In this document: positions 41,758-52,988 of the stretch, piece by piece
Layout of the letters: each line of letters begins with the position of its first letter
Position numbering within the stretch: the first letter of the stretch is position 1
NCBI GenBank assembly: GCA_965214605.1
Contig: OZ243961.1
Span: 192,001 to 256,000 of the forward strand
Reading direction: 5' to 3'
DNA from: an uncultured Candidatus Binatia bacterium
GTDB taxonomy: Bacteria > Desulfobacterota > Binatia > Bin18
DNA: 64,000 nt
Made by a program: the position numbers and the translations under genes
Notes under the pieces: generated by a model
Database searches by the model: none
The model's input: the letters and a program-made list of their open reading frames with translations, nothing else
What the model was told of the DNA's origin: nothing

Positions 41758-42717
41758 ATGCGCGAGTCTGCGAACCCAAGGTTGACGAGAGTCCCTTCTT
41801 GCTCAGGTGATCGTCCTCGTCCACCTCATCAGTACCAGTGCGGCTTTATTGCCATGATTGGGCGTCCCAACGTTGGCAAGTCGACTCTGTTGAATACCCT
41901 GGTTGGGGAAAAACTCGCCATTGTGACTCCCAAACCGCAAACGACCCGGACCCGGCTGATGGGGGTCAAAACGCTTTCCCGAGCCCAGCTGATCTTTATT
42001 GATACGCCGGGCATCCACGGCCACACCGGCTCTCTCCTCAATCGGCACATGGTCGAACTGGCCTTAGGATCCGTAAAAGAGACCGATATGGTGCTGTTCC
42101 TCGTCGATGCTCAGCGCGGCATTATGGATGGCGACGAAAAGATCGCCGCCCGTCTCAGCGTCCTTCCTACACCGGTCATCGGGGTGGTGAATAAGATTGA
42201 TCTGGTGCCACGACCGGCTCTGCTGCCGGTGCTAGAGCGTTTGGCCGGACTCTTACCTCATCGAGAGATCGTTCCGGTCAGCGCCTTGCGCGACACGAAT
42301 ACCGCCGAACTGCTGCCCACCCTGATCCAGTTCCTCCCGGTCGGTCCGGCCCTGTATCCGAGCGATGAACTGACCGATCAGAGCGAGCGAGTGTTAGCCC
42401 AAGAAATGATCCGTGAGCAGCTTTTTTTTAATACCCAACAAGAAATTCCGTATACGACAGCAGCGGTTGTCGAAGAGTTTACCGAGAGGGCTGACAAGTC
42501 GCTGTTGGTTATTCGGGCCGCGATCCACGTTGAACGCGCCTCGCAGAAAGGGATTGTGATCGGCAAAGGCGGCGCTCGGCTCAAGAAAATCGGTCAGGCT
42601 GCCCGGCGGCGGATGGAAGCCTTTTTTGGCTGCAAGGTCTTCTTAGAGCTGTTTGTCAAAGTTTCCAAAGACTGGACGAACCGGGCCAGCCTGCTCAAGG
42701 AACTTGGGATCTCGTGA
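41758..42717 (+). CDS. era: GTPase Era
   Basis: GRPNVGKST, PQTTR, DTPG, NKID, KH motif IVIGKGG; start uncertain. Confidence 0.95.
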   Translation: MRESANPRLTRVPSCSGDRPRPPHQYQCGFIAMIGRPNVGKSTLLNTLVGEKLAIVTPKPQTTRTRLMGVKTLSRAQLIFIDTPGIHGHTGSLLNRHMVELALGSVKETDMVLFLVDAQRGIMDGDEKIAARLSVLPTPVIGVVNKIDLVPRPALLPVLERLAGLLPHREIVPVSALRDTNTAELLPTLIQFLPVGPALYPSDELTDQSERVLAQEMIREQLFFNTQQEIPYTTAAVVEEFTERADKSLLVIRAAIHVERASQKGIVIGKGGARLKKIGQAARRRMEAFFGCKVFLELFVKVSKDWTNRASLLKELGIS

Positions 42718-44052
42718 GGTTCGCACCTGTCACCGCTGTCCGCTCAGACCGTTCAGCTGAGCCCCACAGCAAAGGGAAGATCGCATGCTGAGGGATGACC
42801 ATGGGGATGAATGGCGTGCGGGCTCTCCCTTCTTCTCTTGTCTCCTGCCATGGTCAGCCGCATACTTTGCGCAGTGCGGTTCGGATACCGAGGCTGTGAG
42901 AGCCGCCGCTCTCTTTGCTATCCTCCCGGCCTACGTTATTCACTTTGCCAGCCCGACCATTCACATCGACATGGCAGAATTAACGCCCTAGTGGGAGGGA
43001 TGGCTCGGTTCCCGTGGTTGCCGCTCATCGTTCTGGATGAACAAAGCGACCCCGACCTCCCCCACGCTGCTCCCGTTCTCTAAGGGCCCTTCACCTAGCC
43101 ACTCGAGAGGGACGCCGCCGATGGGGTGCAGGGCATGACACCACACAGGTCGGGGCGGAGTGGTATCCGTGGTGGATTTTCCGATCGCATCGTTCGGAGC
43201 CCACTTGGCCTCTAATGGTGTCCTCATCTCTACTAATCGCGAAGAAGGGCGGCCAAGACGCCCTCCGGCTCTTCCTTATCGCTGACCGTCGCCTTCTCCA
43301 CCATGCTCCCGTTCAAATCGTATCGTTTTGTTGAATACTCTCCGCTCGTTGCGGTCAGTTTACGAGGGTGGTTAAAGATAATCGCTGTTCGCTCTACGAC
43401 TCGGCCGGAGACGATAATTCGTCTCCGGGCCGGCTTGTTTTTTGTCGTCGCTCTGCGCGTCCGATTGACCCGGCATATGTGCCACGAGTTCCCCCGCGTC
43501 TTGAGGCCATGCGGGTGGGGTGGGATAGTGAGCCCACAACACGTCAAAAGGGGCACGCGTTTTTCACATCAACAGGGAGGATTTTCCGCGCCTGTGTTCT
43601 GGAATACGCGCCATCTCTGTATGGCCGAGCTTGACCCCGACCTGATACGGATCTCTGTCTGAACAGTGGACCGAGGACCGATGTGACCCAGGACAGAGTG
43701 AGCCTATCGGCAAAGGTGATTTTCGCAAGTTCGGCTCTGAATACGCATTTGCCGATGACGCCTGTCAGGAAGGCACCGCCATTTTCGATACAGACCCCCT
43801 TATGAAAAAAGTGTATTCCGCTCAGTATACAACGGTGTACAGAAGTGGTGGTGGAGCAAGCAGACGGAGCGCTCCCCGAAAACGACCGGGGAGCAGAGAG
43901 CGAGTACTTCCTCCCCCTGGGGATTTTTCCCAGAACGCATGCACTGTCTTCAAACAAGCGCTGCGTCGCACTCTCCAAACCCCAGCCCGGAGGTCACAGA
44001 AAGCACTGCGTGTCCCGGGATCTGAAGACAGGCGGATCGGAGAAGAGGACCT

Positions 44053-45423
44053 ATGGGAATACTGGCCCGCATTGGGTTGGCCTTGACCCACTGGACGGAA
44101 CGTTGGGTTCCTGATTCGTGGGTTATTGCGGTGATGCTGAGCCTGCTTGTTGCCTGCTTGGCGATGACAGTCGGAGGCGCATCGCCGGCGACCACACTGC
44201 AGGCCTGGGGTCAGGGTTTATGGACCCTGCTCAGTCTGGCCATGCAGTTCACCCTGATGATGGTCTTAGCCTATGCCTGCGCGGTGTCTCCGCCGCTCAG
44301 ACGGGCCTTTGTGTGGATGGCCGCCTGGCCTAACCCGGCTCGACCCCGTCAAGCGATTGTCCTGATGGCATGTTTCTCAACTCTCACCGCCTGGCTTAAC
44401 TGGGCGTTCAGCCTAGTGGTGACCGCCGCCTTTCTGCCGTTTGTGGTGAGAACCAATCCGCGGGTCGATTTCCGTTTGCTCGTCACCTGCGCCTATTTGG
44501 GAGTTGGCACCGTCTGGCATACTGGTCTATCCGGCTCGGCTCCGCTCATTATTGCGACGCCGGATAATTTTCTGATCCAGGCCGGCGTGCTGACCGAGAC
44601 CGTACCAACGACCCAGACCCTGTTTGCGTCGTTTAATCTTGGCTACGCGGTCCTGGCCGGCCTAGGAGGGATACTGATTGCCGCCGCTCTGGTGCCCTCA
44701 GCGGCCGAGGCGGTCACGGTATCCGAGACTCAGGTCGAGCGTCTCTCCTTGGGCCATGTGCTCCAAACCCGCCCGTCAAGCCTGATGCCGGCCGAACGTT
44801 TAGAGTGGTGGCCGGGCTGGTCGTTGATCGCGAGCGGGGCGTTGTTGCTGTATCTGGTCTCACAGCTCAGCAGCCTCGGATTTGGCCGGGCCTGGACGAT
44901 TGATAATTACAACCTCTTGTTCATGGCCCTCGGCCTGTTGCTGCACTGGCATCCCAAGTCATTTTTAGCCGCGTGTGAGGACGGAATCAAAAATACCTGG
45001 GGGATTGTGATCCAGTATCCCCTGTACGCTGGTATTTTTGGTCTGATGATGTATACAGAGTTGGGCCGAGCGCTGACCCGCTTGTTTGTGAGTGCTGGCT
45101 CGCCGCGAACCTTCCCGCTGATTGCATATCTGTACTCCGCGGTCCTAAACTATTTTATTCCTTCCGGCGGCTCAAAGTGGATTGTCGAAGCTTCCTACCT
45201 CCTGCCAGCCGGACAGTCTTTGGGCCTGTCGATCCCAACGGTGACGCTGAGCTACGCCTACGGCGATACGACGACCAATCTGATTCAGCCATTTTGGGCG
45301 ATTCCTATCCTGACTGTCGCCGGCCTCCGTTTTGGCGACATCATGGGCTACTGCGTTATCATTGCGGGCTTAATGCTGGTGTTTAATGTGCTGGCCCTGC
45401 TGCTGATTCCGCTGCAGTTGTAA
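44053..45423 (+). CDS. Short-chain fatty acid transporter (AtoE family)
   Basis: ERWVPDSW, AMQFTL, GLSGSAPL, FIPSGG, NLIQPFWA. Confidence 0.88.
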   Translation: MGILARIGLALTHWTERWVPDSWVIAVMLSLLVACLAMTVGGASPATTLQAWGQGLWTLLSLAMQFTLMMVLAYACAVSPPLRRAFVWMAAWPNPARPRQAIVLMACFSTLTAWLNWAFSLVVTAAFLPFVVRTNPRVDFRLLVTCAYLGVGTVWHTGLSGSAPLIIATPDNFLIQAGVLTETVPTTQTLFASFNLGYAVLAGLGGILIAAALVPSAAEAVTVSETQVERLSLGHVLQTRPSSLMPAERLEWWPGWSLIASGALLLYLVSQLSSLGFGRAWTIDNYNLLFMALGLLLHWHPKSFLAACEDGIKNTWGIVIQYPLYAGIFGLMMYTELGRALTRLFVSAGSPRTFPLIAYLYSAVLNYFIPSGGSKWIVEASYLLPAGQSLGLSIPTVTLSYAYGDTTTNLIQPFWAIPILTVAGLRFGDIMGYCVIIAGLMLVFNVLALLLIPLQL

Positions 45424-45424
45424 C

Positions 45425-46213
45425 TTATCGCCCCTGAAACACCGGCTTGCGTTTTTCGACAAACGCTCGGACAGCTTCTTTCGCATCTTCGCTGCCGGAC
45501 AGCTCATGGGTCATGTTCTGCTCAAACCGATAGCCATCACGCAGATCCATGAACTCGATACTATTCATGGCGTGTTTGGCCAGACGGATTGCCAGCGGGC
45601 TTTTGGCGGCAATTTCCTGAGCCAGAGCGTGGCTGGTGGCGAGGAGTTGATCGGGAGGGACAACGGTCTCCACAATGCCCCTGCGGTACAGTTCTTGGGC
45701 TCCGACCCGCTCGCCGGTGTACATCATTTTGCGCGCCTTATATACCCCAAACAAGCGCTGGGCGTGCCGCCCACCGCCAAGGAGACCCACATCGATCTCG
45801 GGCAGGCCGACCAGGGCTCTCTCGGACGCGATCAGTATGTCGCATGAGGCCAGCAGGGCTAGTCCACCGCCCAGCGCCGGACCGTTGATCGCTCCAATCA
45901 CCGGTACCGAACACTCGAGGATGGCGTGAAACGCCTCGCGGGCCGCCCGTGAGTGTGCCCACATCGCTCCGGGCTGAGGTTGTTGCTGGCCTTCAAGCGA
46001 AGACGAACGGGCCTTCATATCGGCCCCGGCGCAAAAGCATTTGCCGGCGCCGGTAAAAACCGCGGCCCGTACCTCGGAGCGGTTGTTCAGTGCGTCAAAC
46101 GCGGCCTGAATTTCGTTGAACATCTGACGGTTCATGGCGTTGACCGGCGGGCGGTCGATGGTGACCGTGGCAACGAAATCGCGCATTGTGGTCTTGATGA
46201 TCTCCATATCCAT
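45425..46213 (-). CDS. Enoyl-CoA hydratase/isomerase
   Basis: FCAGAD, AINGPALGGG, GLPEIDVG, AFVEKRKP. Confidence 0.9.
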   Translation of the reverse strand: MDMEIIKTTMRDFVATVTIDRPPVNAMNRQMFNEIQAAFDALNNRSEVRAAVFTGAGKCFCAGADMKARSSSLEGQQQPQPGAMWAHSRAAREAFHAILECSVPVIGAINGPALGGGLALLASCDILIASERALVGLPEIDVGLLGGGRHAQRLFGVYKARKMMYTGERVGAQELYRRGIVETVVPPDQLLATSHALAQEIAAKSPLAIRLAKHAMNSIEFMDLRDGYRFEQNMTHELSGSEDAKEAVRAFVEKRKPVFQGR

Positions 46214-46237
46214 AGTCCTGTGGTAAGCGATACGCTG

Positions 46238-47401
46238 TTATCTGAATAAGGACCGGGCAATCACCATCCGGTGCACCTCTGAGGGCCCTTCGCCAATCCG
46301 TCGTACACGGGCTTCGCGATACCAGCGCTCTAGAGGAAACTCCTTGGTCACCCCGTAGCCACCGTGAATCTGGACCGCGTTGTCAATTACCCGGCCCAAA
46401 ACCTCGCTCGAATACAGTTTGGCAATCGAGGCCTCAAGGCGGGCGTCCTCCCCCCGGTCGGCTTTCCAAGCCCCGTCCCAGATCAACCAGCGGCTCGCGC
46501 GCAGTTCGACTTCGGCATCGGCCAGCATCCATTGGATGGCCTGGCGTCGACTGAGCGGCTGGCCGAATGTTTCGCGTTGTTTGGCATGTTCGATAGCCAT
46601 CCGCTGGGCGGCGACAGCCACGCCGAGATTGGCGGCCGAGTACGGAAAGCGGGCCTTGGTCAGGAGATCAAAACACAGAAACAACCCCTGACCCTCTTCC
46701 CCAATCATCTTGTCGGCCGGCACCCGACAGTCCTCAAACGAGACCTCATTGGGAACCGATACTGTCCGGATGGTTTTGAACGGACGCGGGGTGAAGCCCG
46801 GCGTGTCTTTGTCAATAATGAAGCAGCTAATACCTTGGCGGCCTTTTTCCGGAGCGGTCCGCACAAAGACGACTCCCCACTCGGCGAGGTGGGCGTTGGA
46901 AATAAAAATCTTTGTGCCGTTGATGATCCACGAATCGCCGTCTTTAACGCCTCGACACTGAATAGCTCCGGCCGGGTCCGAGCCACCGCCGGGTTCGGTA
47001 ATAGCAAAAAAGGTTTTGAGGCCGTCCCGCAAGGTCGGTACGGCGTAGCGTTGGATCTGATCGAGCGTGCCGGCGTAAATCGGGGCTGGTGGATAGCGGC
47101 CGAAGGTTCCACAGCCCGGGTTGTACAGGCCCATCCGGTGCTGAGCCATTTCTTCCAACACCACCGACATGCCAAAGGTATTGACTCCCCCGCCCCCGAA
47201 TTGCTCAGGGGCAGCCAAGCACCACAGGTCGGCCTTCTTGTTCTGAGCCATCAGGCGTTGGTAGTCTGCCTCTGGGAGATCCGGGGCGTCGGGGTCGAGC
47301 TGCTGTTCGAGCGGAAGGATCTCTTCGCGGATAAAACGCCGAACTTGATCTCGGAGCAGGGTAAGCTCCGGAGGGAGGCGAAAGCCGTGGAATGCTTCCA
47401 T
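46238..47401 (-). CDS. Acyl-CoA dehydrogenase
   Basis: AITEPGGGSD, INGTKIFI, QIHGGYG, RIGEGPSEV. Confidence 0.93.
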   Translation of the reverse strand: MEAFHGFRLPPELTLLRDQVRRFIREEILPLEQQLDPDAPDLPEADYQRLMAQNKKADLWCLAAPEQFGGGGVNTFGMSVVLEEMAQHRMGLYNPGCGTFGRYPPAPIYAGTLDQIQRYAVPTLRDGLKTFFAITEPGGGSDPAGAIQCRGVKDGDSWIINGTKIFISNAHLAEWGVVFVRTAPEKGRQGISCFIIDKDTPGFTPRPFKTIRTVSVPNEVSFEDCRVPADKMIGEEGQGLFLCFDLLTKARFPYSAANLGVAVAAQRMAIEHAKQRETFGQPLSRRQAIQWMLADAEVELRASRWLIWDGAWKADRGEDARLEASIAKLYSSEVLGRVIDNAVQIHGGYGVTKEFPLERWYREARVRRIGEGPSEVHRMVIARSLFR

Positions 47402-47419
47402 AACGGTACCTCGGCGGTG

Positions 47420-47845
47420 CTAATCGACACGCCTGAACTTGGGGATGGTCACCGCTGCGGTGACATCGTCGAAAACGACCTCGACCGGTAAATCTAGCCT
47501 GAGTTCGTCGGGCTCGACGTCCGTTAACCAGCTGACTAGCCGCACGCCTTCTTCCATCTCTATCACAACTGGACTATAGGGCACCATGTCAGCAAACTGG
47601 GCGAGCATGGGCTGGACGGCGGTGGTCCACGAGAAGACCTTGCCTTTACCGCTCGACTGGGCCCACTCCCAGTTGAAAGACCCGCATTTGGCACACATAT
47701 CACGGGGTAAGTGGCGCCAAGTGCCACAGTCGGTGCAGCGCTGAAAACGGAGCTGGTGTTGTTTGCAGTAGTCGTAAAACTCGATGGCCATGCTGTTGCG
47801 CAGCTTCGGGAGGGGGCGTGGATAGGCGTTCGTTTCTTGTGCCAT
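47420..47845 (-). CDS. DUF35 Zn-ribbon/OB-fold protein
   Basis: QRCTDCG...CAKCGS, GKVFSWT, EEGVRLV; next to a thiolase-fold gene. Confidence 0.88.
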   Translation of the reverse strand: MAQETNAYPRPLPKLRNSMAIEFYDYCKQHQLRFQRCTDCGTWRHLPRDMCAKCGSFNWEWAQSSGKGKVFSWTTAVQPMLAQFADMVPYSPVVIEMEEGVRLVSWLTDVEPDELRLDLPVEVVFDDVTAAVTIPKFRRVD

Positions 47846-47847
47846 GG

Positions 47848-49026
47848 TTACCTCCGTAAGATGGCCAGGCTGCCGTCTCCAAAGTCGCCCCAGCCAGTCA
47901 CTAAGCCCAGCTCGGCATCGTTGACCTGTCGTTCGCCAGCCTCGTGGCGCAGCTGGCGGGTGGCCTCGGTAATATGGTTCATGCCCCATACGTGGGCTTC
48001 CGAGTGCAGTCCGCCGTGGGTGTTGATGGGCAGTTCACCACCCAGCTCCAGGCGCCCGCCCTGGACAAAATCACCGACCTCGCCACGTTCGCAAAACCCT
48101 AAGGCTTCGAGCTGGAGCAGAACGACGTAGGAGAAACAGTCGTAGATCTCAATGAAGTCAATATCCTTGTGCTCAACGCCGGCCATCTGAAAAGCGTTCG
48201 GAGCGGCAAAACTCAGGCCGATGGTGAACGGATCGGGCCGTGAGGGAATATCGTCGGCCGGATAGGGGTGCCCCTCTGCCACTCCCGAGATGTAGACCGG
48301 ATCGTGCTTCAGATCTTTGGCTCGCTCTGGCGAGGTCAGCACGACTGCGCACGCTCCGTCGGTTTCCAAGCAGCAGTCGAACAGGCGGAACGGTTTTGCC
48401 ACCCAGCGGGCGTTCAAATAGTCTTCCATGGTAAGCGGACGGCCACACATATAGGCTTTGTCATTCAACTGGGCGTGCTTGCGTGAGGCAACCGCTATCG
48501 ATCCCATGGCTTCGTCCGGCGTGCTGTACAGCTCTTTGTGGCGGGTGGCCAGCCAGGCGTACCACTGGACGGGCACAGACGCCCCGTAGGGCAAATAATA
48601 TTCGCCAATGGTGGTCGCCATAACGCCCGGAGCCCCACTGCCGCTGCCTCCTTCAGGACGCCCCAGGTTACGAACCCGCATGGCCGAGTAGCCGTTCCAG
48701 CCGAGCGGAATCAAGACGTTTTTGGCCACGCCACAGGCCACGGCCATAGCCGCGCTTTGCAGAGAGGTCACCGGGCTGGCGCCACCCATGTGGACGGTGA
48801 CCGAGTACCGCAGATCCTCAATGCCCAGATTGGCCGCAAAATGTTCAGCCGTTGACGGGAGGGGAGGCGGAATAATGCCGTCAATATCGTGCGGGCTGAG
48901 ACCGGCATCGTTGATGGCCCGCATTGAGGCTTCTAGCATCAGAGACAGGTCGGTGCGATCCGAGCCTCGGGTAAAGTCCGTCTCGCCGATCCCGACAATG
49001 CAGGCTTGATTTTTCAGTGAGTACAT
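47848..49026 (-). CDS. Thiolase-fold protein (SCP-x/Ltp2-like)
   Basis: [27 protein letters not shown]; GGAS stands where thiolases carry the nucleophilic Cys. Confidence 0.85.
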   Translation of the reverse strand: MYSLKNQACIVGIGETDFTRGSDRTDLSLMLEASMRAINDAGLSPHDIDGIIPPPLPSTAEHFAANLGIEDLRYSVTVHMGGASPVTSLQSAAMAVACGVAKNVLIPLGWNGYSAMRVRNLGRPEGGSGSGAPGVMATTIGEYYLPYGASVPVQWYAWLATRHKELYSTPDEAMGSIAVASRKHAQLNDKAYMCGRPLTMEDYLNARWVAKPFRLFDCCLETDGACAVVLTSPERAKDLKHDPVYISGVAEGHPYPADDIPSRPDPFTIGLSFAAPNAFQMAGVEHKDIDFIEIYDCFSYVVLLQLEALGFCERGEVGDFVQGGRLELGGELPINTHGGLHSEAHVWGMNHITEATRQLRHEAGERQVNDAELGLVTGWGDFGDGSLAILRR

Positions 49027-49907
49027 AGTTCCTCCTTTGTAAGGACTCCCGCGCGGGATCGTACACTGGACGGAGGCGGATTGTAAAGTCAAAACGGGAG
49101 GCATTGCCTCTGCCGGGGTCCGCAGCAGACACACCGCATGGAGACCTTAAGTCGGGTCGCCCGCTCAGTACAACCAGCCGTGAGACCGGCGCGGAGTCGC
49201 TTCCTGTGCCGGACGATGGAGAACAGCCTTCGCCTCCGACGACACAGTGGAGGTTGCCCGGAGCAGGTTCACGGGCTGAGGACTGCCGGAGAGGAGTTTT
49301 TGCGGGGAGTAGGGGCCACTGTTGGGGTTCTCTAGTGTTCCCCTGAGGAGGGGAAGTGATTGTTGTGCATGGAACGAAAGCGCACGGCACTCGGAGTGTT
49401 GACGAGCACCTCTCCGTATGCGGGGCTCTGGGTGCTATTGCTCCTCACAGCCCGAACTCATCGCTAGGGCCGAGCCCCACGAACTGCGCAGGAAGCGTGG
49501 ACAGGATTCGGACTCTGATGTGTGCCGAGTGGAAGGACGGTTTGTCATGTTGAACCGCTGGGGCTGATGTGAATGGACCGCGCGGGACGGTCTCCCTTTG
49601 TCCCTGATTGTATTTTCAGAACTCGCCTACGCATGGCGCTGAGGTTGAGAGCCTGCCTGGTAGCCGGCGCGGATCCGAGCGCCCGATACTAATCTAGAGC
49701 ACCGGTTACTAATTCGCCTCCTTCCATCACCATGGCGATGGAAACCGACTGCGGTATAGAGCGGACCCGAGATTGGTTCGTCGATGGCACGCTTACAAGA
49801 CACTTGAATGTGTGGAGCAACGCTATCCGCCCCCCGATTTTCGTTGATGAACCGGCGTACTCCCCTCGCTTTCCGGATCGAGCGCTTTGGGCTATCTTGT
49901 AGGAGAC

Positions 49908-50819
49908 ATGAAAATTCGACACCTCTTTGAGACCCAAGCCCAAACGTTTTCCTTTGAGTTTTTCCCACCCAAAAATCCGGCCGATGTTGAGCAGTTGTTT
50001 GTCCGTGCCCGTGAGTTAAAGCCGTTTGGACCGAGCTTTATCTCGGTGACGTATGGGGCGGGGGGAACGACTCGGAAAAATACGATTGATCTGGTGTGCC
50101 GCTTTCAGGATGAGCTGGGGCTTGTTGGCATGACCCACCTGACCTGTGTGGGGCATACTCAGGTTGAGTTGCGGACGATCCTTCAAGAATTGCGGGTGCG
50201 GGGGATTGAGAATGTTATGTGCCTACGGGGCGACCCGCCGCGCGGGCAGGCCAGCTTTGAGCCGGTGTGGGGCGGTTTCGCTCACGCCAATGAACTGGTC
50301 TCGCTCGCCCGTGCCAGCGGCGACTTCTGTATTGGCGTGGCCGGCTACCCAGAGCCTCACCCTGAGAGCGAGAGCAGGGAGCTTGACCTGCTGCGGCTCC
50401 AGTACAAGGTTGACTGTGGGGCGGATTTTGTCATTACCCAGCTGTTCTACGACAATCGGGACTATTTCGACTTTGTGGACAGGGCCGGTCGGCTTGGCCT
50501 TCCGTGTCGAATTATCCCGGGGATTATGCCGATTGTGAACTATCACCAGATTGTCCGCATCACTCGGCTGTGCGGGGCAGTGATTCCGGCCGCACTCGTC
50601 GCCCGTCTGGAGCCGGTTGCCGATGACCCACAGGCGTCCCAAGAGGTTGGGATTGAGTGGGCGTGGCGGCAGTGTGAAGAACTGCTCGAACAAGGCGCAC
50701 CCGGTCTCCATTTCTATACGCTGAACCGCTCCGAGGCGACCAAGCGGATTTTTGAGCGTTTGCACCACGGCCCGGTACAGGCTCTCCTCCCCTCAGGGCC
50801 CTTCGACCTGAATCCCTAG
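49908..50819 (+). CDS. metF: Methylenetetrahydrofolate reductase
   Basis: SFEFFPPK, SVTYGAGG, HLTC, LRGDPP, TQLFYDN, HFYTLN. Confidence 0.95.
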   Translation: MKIRHLFETQAQTFSFEFFPPKNPADVEQLFVRARELKPFGPSFISVTYGAGGTTRKNTIDLVCRFQDELGLVGMTHLTCVGHTQVELRTILQELRVRGIENVMCLRGDPPRGQASFEPVWGGFAHANELVSLARASGDFCIGVAGYPEPHPESESRELDLLRLQYKVDCGADFVITQLFYDNRDYFDFVDRAGRLGLPCRIIPGIMPIVNYHQIVRITRLCGAVIPAALVARLEPVADDPQASQEVGIEWAWRQCEELLEQGAPGLHFYTLNRSEATKRIFERLHHGPVQALLPSGPFDLNP

Positions 50820-50891
50820 CCATCCCCATTCCTCCACCATTGACGCTCCGTCTCCTGACGCGATATTGTCACTGGGTGAGGAGGCGCGCCT

Positions 50892-51929
50892 ATGCCGAGC
50901 CCAGATGAAGCCACCGCCTTTCTTGACGGCCTGTCACAGTTCAACGTCGGCCCCTTATGGAAGGTGCTGGGACAAATATTGACGCCTGAGCCCCGCACCC
51001 GGGCTCTTCCCCATCTGTGGTCCTGGCAAGAGCTGCGCCCACAGCTATTGCGGTCAGGCGAGGTCGTGACTGCCGCTGAGGCCGAGCGGCGGGTGTTGAT
51101 GCTCCTCAACCCAGGTTTGGAGGGCCGTGTGGCCACGACCACGACTTTATACGGCGGCTTGCAGCTCATCCTGCCCGGGGAGATCGCTCGGACTCACCGC
51201 CATACGCCCAATGCGCTGCGTTTCATTATAGAAGGCGAGGGCGCCTATACGGTCGTCGACGGCGATAAAATGACGATGGCCCCTGGTGACTTTGTTCTCA
51301 CTCCTAACTGGACCTGGCACGACCACGGCAGTGAAGGCGATCAACCCGTGGTGTGGCTCGACGGCTTGGACCTTCCGCTGGCATCCCTGCTGGAGAATAT
51401 TTTCACCCAACCCTTTCCCCAGGAAGTCCAGCCTGTCACCAAGCCGCTCAATGCGTCTGTGGCCGTCTACAGTAAGGGGGGGCTGTTGCCCAGCTGGCAG
51501 CGAGCGGTTGACAACGGCCGGTCCGGGCTTTTGAAATACGCCTGGACAGACGCCTATGCTATGTTGATGAGTCTGGGCAAAGACAAGGAAAGTCCGTTCG
51601 ACAGCGGCCTGCTCGAATATGTGAATCCAGTGAATGGCGGACCGTCGCTGCCGACCATGGCGAGCTTTCTGCAGCGCTTAAAACCCAACCAAACGACCCG
51701 GGCTCACCGCCACAGTGCCAGCGCGGTCTATTTGGCCGTGCAGGGTCACGGTCGTACGTATATAGACGGACGTGCCTATGATTGGGCCCCGGGCGATGTG
51801 TTTGCCCTGCCTCTGTGGGCGGCGCACAGCCACCAGAATCGCTCGGCCAATCAAGACGCCTTGCTGTTTTCGTTTACCGACGCGCCAGTGATGCGGGCGC
51901 TAGATTGGTATCGGGAGCAGGCGCTGTAG
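50892..51929 (+). CDS. Gentisate 1,2-dioxygenase-like bicupin
   Basis: AERRVL.L.NPG, HRHTPNALRF, WTWHDH, WLDGLDLP. Confidence 0.85.
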   Translation: MPSPDEATAFLDGLSQFNVGPLWKVLGQILTPEPRTRALPHLWSWQELRPQLLRSGEVVTAAEAERRVLMLLNPGLEGRVATTTTLYGGLQLILPGEIARTHRHTPNALRFIIEGEGAYTVVDGDKMTMAPGDFVLTPNWTWHDHGSEGDQPVVWLDGLDLPLASLLENIFTQPFPQEVQPVTKPLNASVAVYSKGGLLPSWQRAVDNGRSGLLKYAWTDAYAMLMSLGKDKESPFDSGLLEYVNPVNGGPSLPTMASFLQRLKPNQTTRAHRHSASAVYLAVQGHGRTYIDGRAYDWAPGDVFALPLWAAHSHQNRSANQDALLFSFTDAPVMRALDWYREQAL

Positions 51930-51941
51930 AGGAGTCCTCGT

Positions 51942-52967
51942 ATGCTCCAAACCATGATCGTCGGCAGCCTGCCGCGTCCGACCTGGCTCGTTCCACCCCA
52001 CCGGATGTATGTGTCCTGGCAGCTTGATGAGACCCAGCTGGCCGAAGGCTGCGACGATGCGGTCGTGCTGGCGATTGCCGACCAGGAACGGGCCGGGCTC
52101 AATATCCTGACCGATGGCGAGCAACGCCGCCGGCATTATATCTGGGGCTTTTGTGAAGGGCTGACCGGCCTTGATTTTGATCGCCTGGCGAAGATTGAGA
52201 CCCGTGGCAACCGTTACGGTATCCGGGTCGATGCAGCCCGGGTGGTGGGGCCTCTCCGGCGGCCCAAAGCCATTCTTGTTGATGCCTTGCGCTTTTTGAA
52301 ACAGCATACTAGCAAGCCTGTCAAGGTGACTTTGCCCGGCCCCATGACCACGGCCGACACCCTGGCCGACGAGCACTACGGGAGTCGCCAGACTCTGGCA
52401 ACCGAGATCGCCAACGTGCTCAACGAAGAGGCAGTCGAGTTAGCCGAAAACGGCTGCGATATCATCCAGTTCGATGAACCGTGTTTTAATATTTATCTAG
52501 ACATGGTCGAGGACTGGGGTATCCGTACCCTTGAGGGAGCGGCCAGAGGCGTGGGAGCTAAAATTGCGGTCCATATTTGCTATGGCTACGGTATTCCCCC
52601 AGTAGTCGAGTGGAAAAGCCGTAATACCGAATGGAGTCATTACGAACGAACGCTACCCCTACTGCGAACTAGCGCCATTGATATGATTTCGGTCGAGTGC
52701 GCTGCTTCGGGAGTCGATCCCTCGGTCTTGGCTCTGGCTCAGGGTAAAGACCTGATGGTCGGGGTGATTGATGTCGGCACCGAAGAGATCGAATCCCCGC
52801 AGACCGTGGCGTCCCGTATTCGTACCGCCCTGCAGTATGTTGAGCCACAGCACCTCTATCCGTGCACCGATTGTGGGATGATTCCGCGCTCGCGGACCGC
52901 AGCCCAGGGAAAGATGAAGGCCCTGGCAGACGGGGCTTGGCTGGTCCGCTCGGAGTTGATCGGCTAG
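51942..52967 (+). CDS. Cobalamin-independent methionine synthase, catalytic-domain-only (MesD-like)
   Basis: GSLPRP, DGEQ, PGPMT, QFDEP and Zn ligands HIC...E...CG; HICYGYG. Confidence 0.85.
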   Translation: MLQTMIVGSLPRPTWLVPPHRMYVSWQLDETQLAEGCDDAVVLAIADQERAGLNILTDGEQRRRHYIWGFCEGLTGLDFDRLAKIETRGNRYGIRVDAARVVGPLRRPKAILVDALRFLKQHTSKPVKVTLPGPMTTADTLADEHYGSRQTLATEIANVLNEEAVELAENGCDIIQFDEPCFNIYLDMVEDWGIRTLEGAARGVGAKIAVHICYGYGIPPVVEWKSRNTEWSHYERTLPLLRTSAIDMISVECAASGVDPSVLALAQGKDLMVGVIDVGTEEIESPQTVASRIRTALQYVEPQHLYPCTDCGMIPRSRTAAQGKMKALADGAWLVRSELIG

Positions 52968-52988
52968 GGGGGGCTGGCGAGGAAAAAG

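Noticed and set aside
42720-44050. Several short ORFs between era and the AtoE gene
   Set aside because: No recognisable motifs and conflicting frames; probably decayed or non-coding DNA.
49030-49900. SAM, SAH or cobalamin riboswitch upstream of metF
   Set aside because: No consensus core recognisable by eye; a cmscan is needed. The short ORFs here also look spurious.
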